This document shows, piece after piece, positions 1 through 15,700 of a DNA stretch of 64,000 nucleotides. Source of the stretch: Octopus vulgaris (lineage: Eukaryota). The notes beneath the pieces are model-generated. The model did not search any database, was not told the DNA's origin, and saw only the letters and a program-made list of their open reading frames with translations. How positions within the stretch are numbered: the first letter of the stretch is position 1; every line of letters begins with the position of its first letter. The stretch spans positions 2,790,001-2,854,000 of the forward strand of contig CATOCA020000001.1 in assembly GCA_951406725.2 (NCBI GenBank), in the 5' to 3' direction. A program made the position numbers and the translations under genes.

Positions 1-50
1 GAGAAAGAAAGAAAAAAGAATTAGAGAAAGAGAGAGAGTGAGAGAGAGAG
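1..50. repeat. GA/GAAA-rich microsatellite
   Basis: gagaaagaaagaaa...gagagagaga visible directly. Confidence 0.9.
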
Positions 51-512
51 AAATGTTAGTGAGCAAAAGAGACGACACAGATGGTGCTTGGATTTGACAG
101 GAAATGTCCCACCGACACGCACAGATGCGGGAGAGGACATCCGAGAAGCTTTCCGACTGGAACAGCGATTTCCAGCAGAAGACCCCTGTTGGAAAGGCAG
201 CCATTCTCACAGATGTGTGCGACGCACCGAATTTGTTTCCTCATAACTCCCCGCCAAACGGACATATTTAATTAAATTTTCTGTTAATACGCTTCAGATG
301 GTGATCATTCTGATTATATCGGAATTTGTAGCGAAACAAATTTGTCTGTCGGCGGAAAGATGAGTTTCGTAAAATTCACACGAATTGTCTGTGTTTGCTC
401 AGAACTTTAACAAAAATGGGTTATTTTCTAATGTAATTTTCTGCAAATAAGTTACAGTGTGTGTAAAATGCGATTATATTAGAATTTAATGTGGAAAGAA
501 AATCTAATGAGT

Positions 513-597
513 ACACACACACACACATTCACACACACACACATTAACACACACACACACACATTCACACACACACACACGCACGCACGCACACACA

Positions 598-648
<51 letters not shown>
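513..648. repeat. (CA)n microsatellite
   Basis: Long imperfect CA run. Confidence 0.95.
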
Positions 649-651
<3 letters not shown>

Positions 652-770
652 GATGCATATCACAATTATCCTTGAAATTTCAAGTTTCCTTTTGTCAATA
701 TGTGACCTGTTGTAATATGTATGTGTAATAATCCACCAAATTAATTTTCTCTTATTCATTTCCGATATAA

Positions 771-3700
771 TTTTTCACGCTGAGAGTTGCTGAAGCATGG
801 AACAAACTGCCGGCATCAGTTGTTAGTTGTCGGAGCACTGCATCCTTCAAAACTTTCATGCTTTCTGAGATTCGCCAACACTACACCTGATTTTCTCCCC
901 TCCATACACACGCAAGCATGGAACAAACTGCCGGCATCAGTTGTTAGTTGTCGGAGCACTGCATCCTTCAAAACTTCCATGCTTCCTGAGATTCGCCAAC
1001 ACTACACCTGATTTCCTCCCTCCATACACACGCAAGCATGGAACAAACTGCCGGCATCAGTTGTTAATTGTCTGAGCACTGCATCCTTCAAAACTTCCAT
1101 TCTTCCTGAGATTCACCAACACTACACCTGATTTCCTCCCCTCCATACACACGCAAGCATGGAACAAACTGCCGGCATCAGTTGTTAGTGGTTGCAGCAC
1201 TGCATCCTTCAAAACTTTCATGCTTTCTGAGATTCGCCAACACTACACCTGATTTCCTCCCCTCCATACACACGCAAGCATGGAACAAACAGCCGGCATC
1301 AGTTGTTAGTTGTCGGAGCACTGCATCCTTCAAAACTTCCATGCTTCCTGAGATTCGCCAACACTACACCTGATTTCCTTCCCTCCATACACACGCAAGC
1401 ATGGAACAAACTGCCGGCATCAGTTGTTAGTTGTCGGAGCACTGCATCCTTCAAAACCTTCATGCTTCCTGAGATTCGCCAACACTACACCTGATTTCCT
1501 CCCCTCCATACACACGCAAGCATGGAACAAACTGCCGGCATCAGTTGTTAATTGTCTGAGCCTCGGAGCACTGCATCCTTCAAAACTTCCATGCTTTCTG
1601 AGATTCGCCAACACTACACCTGATTTCCTCCCCTCCATACACACCAAGCATGGAACAAACTGCCGCATCAGCATCAGTTGTTATTGTCGGTTAGCACACT
1701 GCATCCTTCAAAACTTCCATGCTTCCTGAGATTCGCCAACACTACACCTGATTTCTCCCCTCCATACACACCAAGCATGGAACAAACTGCCGGCATCAGT
1801 TGTTATTGTCTGAGCACTGCATCCTTCAAAACTTCCATGCTTCCTGAGATTCGCCAACACTACACCTGATTTCCTCCCCTCCATACACACCAAGCATGGA
1901 ACAAACTGCCGGCATCAGTTGTTAATTGTCTGAGCACTGCATCCTTCAAAACTTCCATGCTTCTGAGATTCCCAACACTACACCTGATTTCCTCCCTCCA
2001 TACACACCAAGCATGGAACAAACTGCCGGATCAGTTGTTAATTGTCTGAGCACTGCATCCTTCAAAACTTCCATGCTTCCTGAGATTCGCCAACACTACA
2101 CCTGATTTCCTCCCCTCCATACACACGCAAGCATGGAACAAACTGCCGGCATCAGTTGTTAATTGTCTGAGCACTGCATCCTTCAAAACTTTCATGCTTT
2201 CTGAGATTCGCCAACACTACACCTGATTTCCTCCCCTCCATACACACGCAAACATGGAACAAACTGCCGGCATCAGTTGTTAGTTGTCGGAGCACTGCAT
2301 CCTTCAAAACTTTCATGCTTTCTGAGATTCGCCAACACTACACCTGATTTTCTCCCCCTCCATACACACGCAAGCATGGAACAAACTGCCGGCATCAGTT
2401 GTTAGATGTCGGAGCACTGCATCCTTCAAAACTTCCATGCTTCCTGAGATTCGCCAACACTACACCTGATTTCCTCCCCTCCATACACACGCAAGCATGG
2501 AACAAACTGCCGGCATCAGTTGTTAATTGTCTGAGCACTGCATCCTTCAAAACTTCCATGCTTTCTGAGATTCGCCAACACTACACCTGATTTCCTCCCC
2601 TCCATACACACGCAAGCATGGAACAAACTGCCGGCATCAGTTGTTAGTGGTTGCAGCACTGCATCCTTCAAAACTTCCATGCTTCCTGAGATTCGCCAAC
2701 ACTACACCTGATTTCCTCCCCTCCATACACACGCAAGCATGGAACAAACTGCCGGCATCAGTTCAAAACTTCCATGCTTCCTGAGATTCGCCAACACTAC
2801 ACCAGATTTCCTCCCCTCCATACACACGCAAGCATGGAACAAACTGCCGGCATCAGTTGTTAATTGTCTGAGCACTGCATCCTTCAAAACTTCCATGCTT
2901 CCTGAGATTCACCAACACTACACCTGATTTCCTCCCCTCCATACACACGCAAGCATGGAACAAACTGCCGGCATCAGTTGTTAATTGTCTGAGCACTGCA
3001 TCCTTCAAAACTTCCATGCTTCCTGAGATTCACCAACACTACACCTGATTTCCTCCCCTCCATACACACGCAAGCATGGAACAAACTGCCGGCATCAGTT
3101 GTTAATTGTCTGAGCACTGCATCCTTCAAAACTTCCATGCTTCCTGAGATTCACCAACACTACACCTGATTTCCTCCCCTCCATACACACGCAAGCATGG
3201 AACAAACTGCCGGCATCAGTTGTTAATTGTCTGAGCACTGCATCCTTCAAAACTTCCATGCTTCCTGAGATTCACCAACACTACACCTGATTTCCTCCCC
3301 TCCATACACACCAAGCATGGAACAAACTGCCGGCATCAGTTGTTAATTGTCTGAGCACTGCATCCTTCAAAACTTCCATGCTTCCTGAGATTCACCAACA
3401 CTACACCTGATTTCCTCCCCTCCATACACACGCAAGCATGGAACAAACTGCCGGCATCAGTTGTTAATTGTCTGAGCACTGCATCCTTCAAAACTTCCAT
3501 TCTTCCTGAGATTCACCAACACTACACCTGATTTCCTCCCCTCCATACACACGCAAGCATGGAACAAACTGCCGGCATCAGTTGTTAATTGTCTGAGCAC
3601 TGCATCCTTCAAAACTTCCATTCTTCCTGAGATTCACCAACACTACACCTGATTTCCTCCCCTCCATACACACGCAAGCATGGAACAAACTGCCGGCATC

Positions 3701-6700
3701 AGTTGTTAGTGGTTGCAGCACTGCATCCTTCAAAACTTCCATGCTTCCTGAGATTCACCAACACTACACCTGATTTCCTCCCCTCCATACACACGCAAGC
3801 ATGGAACAAACTGCCGGCATCAGTTGTTAATTGTCTGAGCACTGCATCCTTCAAAACTTCCATCTTCCTGAGATTCACCAACACTACACCTGATTTCCTC
3901 CCCTCCATACACACGCAAGCATGGAACAAACTGCCGGCATCAGTTGTTAGTTGTCTGAGCACTGCATCCTTCAAAACTTCCATGCTTCCTGAGATTCACC
4001 AACACTACACCTGATTTCCTCCCCTCCATACACACGCAAGCATGGAACAAACTGCCGGCATCAGTTGTTAATTGTCTGAGCACTGCATCCTTCAAAACTT
4101 CCATTCTTCCTGAGATTCACCAACACTACACCTGATTTCCTCCCCTCCATACACACGCAAGCATGGAACAAACTGCCGGCATCAGTTGTTAATTGTCTGA
4201 GCACTGCATCCTTCAAAACTTCCATTCTTCCTGAGATTCGCCAACACTACACCTGATTTCCTCCCCTCCATACACACGCAAGCATGGAACAAACTGCCGG
4301 CATTAGTTGTTAATTGTCTGAGCACTGCATCCTTCAAAACTTCCATTCTTCCTGAGATTCACCAACACTACACCTGATTTCCTCCCCTCCATACACACGC
4401 AAGCATGGAACAAACTGCCGGCATCAGTTGTTAATTGTCTGAGCACTGCATCCTTCAAAACTTCCATTCTTCCTGAGATTCACCAACACTACACCTGATT
4501 TCCTCCCCTCCATACACACGCAAGCATGGAACAAACTGCCGGCATCAGTTGTTAATTGTCTGAGCACTGCATCCTTCAAAACTTCCATTCTTCCTGAGAT
4601 TCACCAACACTACACCTGATTTCCTCCCCTCCATACACACGCAAGCATGGAACAAACTGCCGGCATCAGTTGTTAATTGTCTGAGCACTGCATCCTTCAA
4701 AACTTCCATCTTCCTGAGATTCACCAACACTACACCTGATTTCCTCCCCTCCATACACACGCAAGCATGGAACAAACTGCCGGCATCAGTTGTTAATTGT
4801 CTGAGCACTGCATCCTTCAAAACTTCCATTCTTCCTGAGATTCACCAACACTACACCTGATTTCCTCCCCTCCATACACACGCAAGCATGGAACAAACTG
4901 CCGGCATCAGTTGTTAATTGTCTGAGCACTGCATCCTTCAAAACTTCCATTCTTCCTGAGATTCACCAACACTACACCTGATTTCCTCCCCTCCATACAC
5001 ACTCAAGCATGGAACAAACTGCCGGCATCAGTTGTTAATTGTCTGAGCACTGCATCCTTCAAAACTTCCATCTTCCTGAGATTCACCAACACTACACCTG
5101 ATTTCCTCCCCTCCATACACACGCAAGCATGGAACAAACTGCCGGCATCAGTTGTTAATTGTCTGAGCACTGCATCCTTCAAAACTTCCATTCTTCCTGA
5201 GATTCACCAACACTACACCTGATTTCCTCCCCTCCATACACACGCAAGCATGGAACAAACTGCCGGCATCAGTTGTTAATTGTCTGAGCACTGCATCCTT
5301 CAAAACTTCCATTCTTCCTGAGATTCACCAACACTACACCTGATTTCCTCCCCTCCATACACACGCAAGCATGGAACAAACTGCCGGCATCAGTTGTTAA
5401 TTGTCTGAGCACTGCATCCTTCAAAACTTCCATTCTTCCTGAGATTCACCAACACTACACCTGATTTCCTCCCTCCATACACACGCAAGCATGGAACAAA
5501 CTGCCGGCATCAGTTGTTAATTGTCTGAGCACTGCATCCTTCAAAACTTCCATCTTGAGATTCACCAACACTACACCTGATTTCCTCCCCTCCATACACA
5601 CGCAAGCATGGAACAAACTGCCGGCATCAGTTGTTAATTGTCTGAGCACTGCATCCTTCAAAACTTCCATTCTTCCTGAGATTCACCAACACTACACCTG
5701 ATTTCCTCCCCTCCATACACACGCAAGCATGGAACAAACTGCCGGCATCAGTTGTTAATTGTCTGAGCACTGCATCCTTCAAAACTTCCATTCTTCCTGA
5801 GATTCACCAACACTACACCTGATTTCCTCCCCTCCATACACACGCAAGCATGGAACAAACTGCCGGCATCAGTTGTTAATTGTCTGAGCACTGCATCCTT
5901 CAAAACTTCCATTCTTCCTGAGATTCACCAACACTACACCTGATTTCCTCCCCTCCATACACACGCAAGCATGGAACAAACTGCCGGCATCAGTTGTTAG
6001 TGGTTGCAGCACTGCATCCTTCAAAACTTCCAGCCTTCCTGAGATTCACCAACACTACACCTGATTTCCTCCCCTCCATACACACGCAAGCATGGAACAA
6101 ACTGCCGGCATCAGTTGTTAATTGTCTGAGCACTGCATCCTTCAAAACTTCCATTCTTCCTGAGATTCACCAACACTACACCTGATTTCCTCCCCTCCAT
6201 ACACACTCAAGCATGGAACAAACTGCCGGCATCAGTTGTTAATTGTCTGAGCACTGCATCCTTCAAAACTTCCATGCTTCCTGAGATTCACCAACACTAC
6301 ACCTGATTTCCTCCCCTCCATACACACGCAAGCATGGAACAAACTGCCGGCATCAGTTGTTAATTGTCTGAGCACTGCATCCTTCAAAACTTCCATTCTT
6401 CCTGAGATTCACCAACACTACACCTGATTTCCTCCCCTCCATACACACGCAAGCATGGAACAAACTGCCGGCATCAGTTGTTAATTGTCTGAGCACTGCA
6501 TCCTTCAAAACTTCCATTCTTCCTGAGATTCACCAACACTACACCTGATTTCCTCCCCTCCATACACACGCAAGCATGGAACAAACTGCCGGCATCAGTT
6601 GTTAATTGTCTGAGCACTGCATCCTTCAAAACTTCCATTCTTCCTGAGATTCACCAACACTACACCTGATTTCCTCCCCTCCATACACACGCAAGCATGG

Positions 6701-9700
6701 AACAAACTGCCGGCATCAGTTGTTAATTGTCTGAGCACTGCATCCTTCAAAACTTCCATTCTTCCTGAGATTCACCAACACTACACCTGATTTCCTCCCC
6801 TCCATACACACGCAAGCATGGAACAAACTGCCGGCATCAGTTGTTAATTGTCTGAGCACTGCATCCTTCAAAACTTCCATTCTTCCTGAGATTCACCAAC
6901 ACTACACCTGATTTCCTCCCCTCCATACACACGCAAGCATGGAACAAACTGCCGGCATCAGTTGTTAATTGTCTGAGCACTGCATCCTTCAAAACTTCCA
7001 TTCTTCCTGAGATTCACCAACACTACACCTGATTTCCTCCCCTCCATACACACGCAAGCATGGAACAAACTGCCGGCATCAGTTGTTAATTGTCTGAGCA
7101 CTGCATCCTTCAAAACTTCCATCTTCCTGAGATTCACCAACACTACACCTGATTTCCTCCCCTCCATACACACGCAAGCATGGAACAAACTGCCGGCATC
7201 AGTTGTTAATTGTCTGAGCACTGCATCCTTCAAAACTTCCATTCTTCCTGAGATTCACCAACACTACACCTGATTTCCTCCCCTCCATACACACGCAAGC
7301 ATGGAACAAACTGCCGGCATCAGTTGTTAATTGTCTGAGCACTGCATCCTTCAAAACTTCCATTCTTCCTGAGATTCACCAACACTACACCTGATTTCCT
7401 CCCCTCCATACACACGCAAGCATGGAACAAACTGCCGGCATCAGTTGTTAATTGTCTGAGCACTGCATCCTTCAAAACTTCCATTCTTCCTGAGATTCAC
7501 CAACACTACACCTGATTTCCTCCCCTCCATACACACGCAAGCATGGAACAAACTGCCGGCATCAGTTGTTAATTGTCTGAGCACTGCATCCTTCAAAACT
7601 TCCATTCTTCCTGAGATTCACCAACACTACACCTGATTTCCTCCCCTCCATACACACGCAAGCATGGAACAAACTGCCGGCATCAGTTGTTAATTGTCTG
7701 AGCACTGCATCCTTCAAAACTTCCATTCTTCCTGAGATTCACCAACACTACACCTGATTTCCTCCCCTCCATACACACGCAAGCATGGAACAAACTGCCG
7801 GCATCAGTTGTTAATTGTCTGAGCACTGCATCCTTCAAAACTTCCATTCTTCCTGAGATTCACCAACACTACACCTGATTTCCTCCCCTCCATACACACG
7901 CAAGCATGGAACAAACTGCCGGCATCAGTTGTTAATTGTCTGAGCACTGCATCCTTCAAAACTTCCATTCTTCCTGAGATTCACCAACACTACACCTGAT
8001 TTCCTCCCCTCCATACACACGCAAGCATGGAACAAACTGCCGGCATCAGTTGTTATGTAGCACTGCATCCTTCAAAACTTCATCTTAAGATTCCCAACAC
8101 TACACCTGATTTCCTCCATACACCAAGTCAGTTGTTATGTCAGCACTGCATCCTTCAAAACTTCCATTCTTCCTGAGATTCACCAACACTACACCTGATT
8201 TCTTCCCCTCCATACACACGCAAGCATGGAACAAACTGCCGGCATCAGTTGTTAGTGGTTGCAGCACTGCATCCTTCAAAACTTCCATTCTTCCTGAGAT
8301 TCACCAACACTACACCTGATTTCCTCCCCTCCATACACACGCAAGCATGGAACAAACTGCCGGCATCAGTTGTTAATTGTCTGAGCACTGCATCCTTCAA
8401 AACTTCCATTCTTCCTGAGATTCACCAACACTACACCTGATTTCCTCCCCTCCATACACACTCAAGCATGGAACAAACTGCCGGCATCAGTTGTTAATTG
8501 TCTGAGCACTGCATCCTTCAAAACTTCCATTCTTCCTGAGATTCACCAACACTACACCTGATTTCCTCCCCTCCATACACACGCAAGCATGGAACAAACT
8601 GCCGGCATCAGTTGTTAATTGTCTGAGCACTGCATCCTTCAAAACTTCCATTCTTCCTGAGATTCACCAACACTACACCTGATTTCCTCCCCTCCATACA
8701 CACGCAAGCATGGAACAAACTGCCGGCATCAGTTGTTAATTGTCTGAGCACTGCATCCTTCAAAACTTCCATTCTTCCTGAGATTCACCAACACTACACC
8801 TGATTTCCTCCCCTCCATACACACGCAAGCATGGAACAAACTGCCGGCATCAGTTGTTAATTGTCTGAGCACTGCATCCTTCAAAACTTCCATTCTTCCT
8901 GAGATTCACCAACACTACACCTGATTTCCTCCCCTCCATACACACGCAAGCATGGAACAAACTGCCGGCATCAGTTGTTAATTGTCTGAGCACTGCATCC
9001 TTCAAAACTTCCATTCTTCCTGAGATTCACCAACACTACACCTGATTTCCTCCCCTCCATACACACGCAAGCATGGAACAAACTGCCGGCATCAGTTGTT
9101 AATTGTCTGAGCACTGCATCCTTCAAAACTTCCATTCTTCCTGAGATTCACCAACACTACACCTGATTTCCTCCCCTCCATACACACGCAAGCATGGAAC
9201 AAACTGCCGGCATCAGTTGTTAATTGTCTGAGCACTGCATCCTTCAAAACTTCCATTCTTCCTGAGATTCACCAACACTACACCTGATTTCCTCCCCTCC
9301 ATACACACGCAAGCATGGAACAAACTGCCGGCATCAGTTGTTAATTGTCTGAGCACTGCATCCTTCAAAACTTCCATTCTTCCTGAGATTCACCAACACT
9401 ACACCTGATTTCCTCCCCTCCATACACACGCAAGCATGGAACAAACTGCCGGCATCAGTTGTTAATTGTCTGAGCACTGCATCCTTCAAAACTTCCATTC
9501 TTCCTGAGATTCACCAACACTACACCTGATTTCCTCCCCTCCATACACACGCAAGCATGGAACAAACTGCCGGCATCAGTTGTTAATTGTCTGAGCACTG
9601 CATCCTTCAAAACTTCCATTCTTCCTGAGATTCACCAACACTACACCTGATTTCCTCCCCTCCATACACACGCAAGCATGGAACAAACTGCCGGCATCAG

Positions 9701-12700
9701 TTGTTAATTGTCTGAGCACTGCATCCTTCAAAACTTCCATCTTCCTGAGATTCACCAACACTACACCAGATTTCCACCCCACCATACACACTCAAGCATG
9801 GAACAAACTGCCGGCATCAGTTGTTAATTGTCTGAGCACTGCATCCTTCAAAACTTCCATTCTTCCTGAGATTCACCAACACTACACCTGATTTCCTCCC
9901 CTCCATACACACTCAAGCATGGAACAAACTGCCGGCATCAGTTGTTAATTGTCTGAGCACTGCATCCTTCAAAACTTCCATTCTTCCTGAGATTCACCAA
10001 CACTACACCTGATTTCCTCCCCTCCATACACACTCAAGCATGGAACAAACTGCCGGCATCAGTTGTTAATTGTCTGAGCACTGCATCCTTCAAAACTTCC
10101 ATTCTTCCTGAGATTCACCAACACTACACCTGATTTCCTCCCCTCCATACACACTCAAGCATGGAACAAACTGCCGGCATCAGTTGTTAATTGTCTGAGC
10201 ACTGCATCCTTCAAAACTTCCATTCTTCCTGAGATTCACCAACACTACACCTGATTTCCTCCCCTCCATACACACTCAAGCATGGAACAAACTGCCGGCA
10301 TCAGTTGTTAATTGTCTGAGCACTGCATCCTTCAAAACTTCCATTCTTCCTGAGATTCACCAACACTACACCTGATTTCCTCCCCTCCATACACACTCAA
10401 GCATGGAACAAACTGCCGGCATCAGTTGTTAATTGTCTGAGCACTGCATCCTTCAAAACTTCCATTCTTCCTGAGATTCACCAACACTACACCTGATTTC
10501 CTCCCCTCCATACACACTCAAGCATGGAACAAACTGCCGGCATCAGTTGTTAATTGTCTGAGCACTGCATCCTTCAAAACTTCCATTCTTCCTGAGATTC
10601 ACCAACACTACACCTGATTTCCTCCCCTCCATACACACCAAGCATGGAACAAACTGCCGGCATCAGTTGTTAATTGTCTGAGCACTGCATCCTTCAAAAC
10701 TTCCATTCTTCCTGAGATTCACCAACACTACACCTGATTTCCTCCCCTCCATACACACGCAAGCATGGAACAAACTGCCGGCATCAGTTGTTAATTGTCT
10801 GAGCACTGCATCCTTCAAAACTTCCATTCTTCCTGAGATTCACCAACACTACACCTGATTTCCTCCCCTCCATACACACTCAAGCATGGAACAAACTGCC
10901 GGCATCAGTTGTTAATTGTCTGAGCACTGCATCCTTCAAAACTTCCATTCTTCCTGAGATTCACCAACACTACACCTGATTTCCTCCCCTCCATACACAG
11001 CAAGCATGGAACAAACTGCCGGCATCAGTTGTTAATTGTCTGAGCACTGCATCCTTCAAAACTTCCATCCTTCCTGAGATTCACCAACACTACACCTGAT
11101 TTCCTCCCCTCCATACACACGCAAGCATGGAACAAACTGCCGGCATCAGTTGTTAATTGTCTGAGCACTGCATCCTTCAAAACTTCCATCCTTCCTGAGA
11201 TTCACCAACACTACACCTGATTTCCTCCCTTCATACACACTCAAGCATGGAACAAACTGCCGGCATCAGTTGTTAATTGTCTGAGCACTGCATCCTTCAA
11301 AACTTCCATGCTTCCTGAGATTCACCAACACTACACCTGATTTCCTCCCCTCCATACACACTCAAGCATGGAACAAACTGCCGGCATCAGTTGTTAATTG
11401 TCTGAGCACTGCATCCTTCAAAACTTCCATTCTTCCTGAGATTCACCAACACTACACCTGATTTCCTCCCCTCCATACACACGCAAGCATGGAACAAACT
11501 GCCGGCATCAGTTGTTAATTGTCTGAGCACTGCATCCTTCAAAACTTCCATTCTTCCTGAGATTCACCAACACTACACCTGATTTCCTCCCCTCCATACA
11601 CACTCAAGCATGGAACAAACTGCCGGCATCAGTTGTTAATTGTCTGAGCACTGCATCCTTCAAAACTTCCATTCTTCCTGAGATTCACCAACACTACACC
11701 TGATTTCCTCCCCTCCATACACACGCAAGCATGGAACAAACTGCCGGCATCAGTTGTTAATTGTCTGAGCACTGCATCCTTCAAAACTTCCATTCTTCCT
11801 GAGATTCACCAACACTACACCTGATTTCCTCCCCTCCATACACACTCAAGCATGGAACAAACTGCCGGCATCAGTTGTTAATTGTCTGAGCACTGCATCC
11901 TTCAAAACTTCCATTCTTCCTGAGATTCACCAACACTACACCTGATTTCCTCCCCTCCATACACACCAAGCATGGAACAAACTGCCGGCATCAGTTGTTA
12001 ATTGTCTGAGCACTGCATCCTTCAAAACTTCCATTCTTCCTGAGATTCACCAACACTACACCTGATTTCCTCCCCTCCATACACACGCAAGCATGGAACA
12101 AACTGCCGGCATCAGTTGTTAATTGTCTGAGCACTGCATCCTTCAAAACTTCCATTCTTCCTGAGATTCACCAACACTACACCTGATTTCCTCCCCTCCA
12201 TACACACTCAAGCATGGAACAAACTGCCGGCATCAGTTGTTAATTGTCTGAGCACTGCATCCTTCAAAACTTCCATTCTTCCTGAGATTCACCAACACTA
12301 CACCTGATTTCCTCCCCTCCATACACACGCAAGCATGGAACAAACTGCCGGCATCAGTTGTTAATTGTCTGAGCACTGCATCCTTCAAAACTTCCATTCT
12401 TCCTGAGATTCACCAACACTACACCTGATTTCCTCCCCTCCATACACACGCAAGCATGGAACAAACTGCCGGCATCAGTTGTTAATTGTCTGAGCACTGC
12501 ATCCTTCAAAACTTCCATTCTTCCTGAGATTCACCAACACTACACCTGATTTCCTCCCCTCCATACACACTCAAGCATGGAACAAACTGCCGGCATCAGT
12601 TGTTAATTGTCTGAGCACTGCATCCTTCAAAACTTCCATTCTTCCTGAGATTCACCAACACTACACCTGATTTCCTCCCCTCCATACACACTCAAGCATG

Positions 12701-15700
12701 GAACAAACTGCCGGCATCAGTTGTTAATTGTCTGAGCACTGCATCCTTCAAAACTTCCATTCTTCCTGAGATTCACCAACACTACACCTGATTTCCTCCC
12801 CTCCATACACACTCAAGCATGGAACAAACTGCCGGCATCAGTTGTTAATTGTCTGAGCACTGCATCCTTCAAAACTTCCATTCTTCCTGAGATTCACCAA
12901 CACTACACCTGATTTCCTCCCCTCCATACACACTCAAGCATGGAACAAACTGCCGGCATCAGTTGTTAATTGTCTGAGCACTGCATCCTTCAAAACTTCC
13001 ATTCTTCCTGAGATTCACCAACACTACACCTGATTTCCTCCCCTCCATACACACTCAAGCATGGAACAAACTGCCGGCATCAGTTGTTAATTGTCTGAGC
13101 ACTGCATCCTTCAAAACTTCCATTCTTCCTGAGATTCACCAACACTACACCTGATTTCCTCCCCTCCATACACACTCAAGCATGGAACAAACTGCCGGCA
13201 TCAGTTGTTAATTGTCTGAGCACTGCATCCTTCAAAACTTCCATTCTTCCTGAGATTCACCAACACTACACCTGATTTCCTCCCCTCCATACACACTCAA
13301 GCATGGAACAAACTGCCGGCATCAGTTGTTAATTGTCTGAGCACTGCATCCTTCAAAACTTCCATTCTTCCTGAGATTCACCAACACTACACCTGATTTC
13401 CTCCCCTCCATACACACTCAAGCATGGAACAAACTGCCGGCATCAGTTGTTAATTGTCTGAGCACTGCATCCTTCAAAACTTCCATTCTTCCTGAGATTC
13501 ACCAACACTACACCTGATTTCCTCCCCTCCATACACACGCAAGCATGGAACAAACTGCCGGCATCAGTTGTTAATTGTCTGAGCACTGCATCCTTCAAAA
13601 CTTCCATTCTTCCTGAGATTCACCAACACTACACCTGATTTCTTCCCCTCCATACACACGCAAGCATGGAACAAACTGCCGGCATCAGTTGTTAATTGTC
13701 TGAGCACTGCATCCTTCAAAACTTCCATTCTTCCTGAGATTCACCAACACTACACCTGATTTCCTCCCCTCCATACACACTCAAGCATGGAACAAACTGC
13801 CGGCATCAGTTGTTAATTGTCTGAGCACTGCATCCTTCAAAACTTCCATTCTTCCTGAGATTCACCAACACTACACCTGATTTCCTCCCCTCCATACACA
13901 CTCAAGCATGGAACAAACTGCCGGCATCAGTTGTTAATTGTCTGAGCACTGCATCCTTCAAAACTTCCATTCTTCCTGAGATTCACCAACACTACACCTG
14001 ATTTCCTCCCCTCCATACACACGCAAGCATGGAACAAACTGCCGGCATCAGTTGTTAATTGTCTGAGCACTGCATCCTTCAAAACTTCCATTCTTCCTGA
14101 GATTCACCAACACTACACCTGATTTCCTCTCCTCCATACACACGCAAGCATGGAACAAACTGCCGGCATCAGTTGTTAATTGTCTGAGCACTGCATCCTT
14201 CAAAACTTCCATTCTTCCTGAGATTCACCAACACTACACCTGATTTCCTCCCCTCCATACACACTCAAGCATGGAACAAACTGCCGGCATCAGTTGTTAA
14301 TTGTCTGAGCACTGCATCCTTCAAAACTTCCATTCTTCCTGAGATTCACCAACACTACACCTGATTTCCTCCCCTCCATACACACTCAAGCATGGAACAA
14401 ACTGCCGGCATCAGTTGTTAATTGTCTGAGCACTGCATCCTTCAAAACTTCCATTCTTCCTGAGATTCACCAACACTACACCTGATTTCCTCCCCTCCAT
14501 ACACACTCAAGCATGGAACAAACTGCCGGCATCAGTTGTTAATTGTCTGAGCACTGCATCCTTCAAAACTTCCATTCTTCCTGAGATTCACCAACACTAC
14601 ACCTGATTTCCTCCCCTCCATACACACTCAAGCATGGAACAAACTGCCGGCATCAGTTGTTAATTGTCTGAGCACTGCATCCTTCAAAACTTCCATTCTT
14701 CCTGAGATTCACCAACACTACACCTGATTTCCTCCCCTCCATACACACTCAAGCATGGAACAAACTGCCGGCATCAGTTGTTAATTGTCTGAGCACTGCA
14801 TCCTTCAAAACTTCCATTCTTCCTGAGATTCACCAACACTACACCTGATTTCCTCCCCTCCATACACACTCAAGCATGGAACAAACTGCCGGCATCAGTT
14901 GTTAATTGTCTGAGCACTGCATCCTTCAAAACTTCCATTCTTCCTGAGATTCACCAACACTACACCTGATTTCCTCCCCTCCATACACACTCAAGCATGG
15001 AACAAACTGCCGGCATCAGTTGTTAATTGTCTGAGCACTGCATCCTTCAAAACTTCCATTCTTCCTGAGATTCACCAACACTACACCTGATTTCCTCCCC
15101 TCCATACACACTCAAGCATGGAACAAACTGCCGGCATCAGTTGTTAATTGTCTGAGCACTGCATCCTTCAAAACTTCCATTCTTCCTGAGATTCACCAAC
15201 ACTACACCTGATTTCCTCCCCTCCATACACACGCAAGCATGGAACAAACTGCCGGCATCAGTTGTTAATTGTCTGAGCACTGCATCCTTCAAAACTTCCA
15301 TTCTTCCTGAGATTCACCAACACTACACCTGATTTCCTCCCCTCCATACACACGCAAGCATGGAACAAACTGCCGGCATCAGTTGTTAATTGTCTGAGCA
15401 CTGCATCCTTCAAAACTTCCATTCTTCCTGAGATTCACCAACACTACACCTGATTTCCTCCCCTCCATACACACTCAAGCATGGAACAAACTGCCGGCAT
15501 CAGTTGTTAATTGTCTGAGCACTGCATCCTTCAAAACTTCCATTCTTCCTGAGATTCACCAACACTACACCTGATTTCCTCCCCTCCATACACACTCAAG
15601 CATGGAACAAACTGCCGGCATCAGTTGTTAATTGTCTGAGCACTGCATCCTTCAAAACTTCCATTCTTCCTGAGATTCACCAACACTACACCTGATTTCC

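Noticed and set aside
800-830. CTGATG on the minus strand of each unit as a hammerhead core
   Set aside because: No stem II followed by GAAA at the required spacing.
1555-2050. Irregular, indel-rich monomers (also 8040-8160)
   Set aside because: Clustered single-base deletions look like low-quality consensus; cannot be treated as biology without reads.
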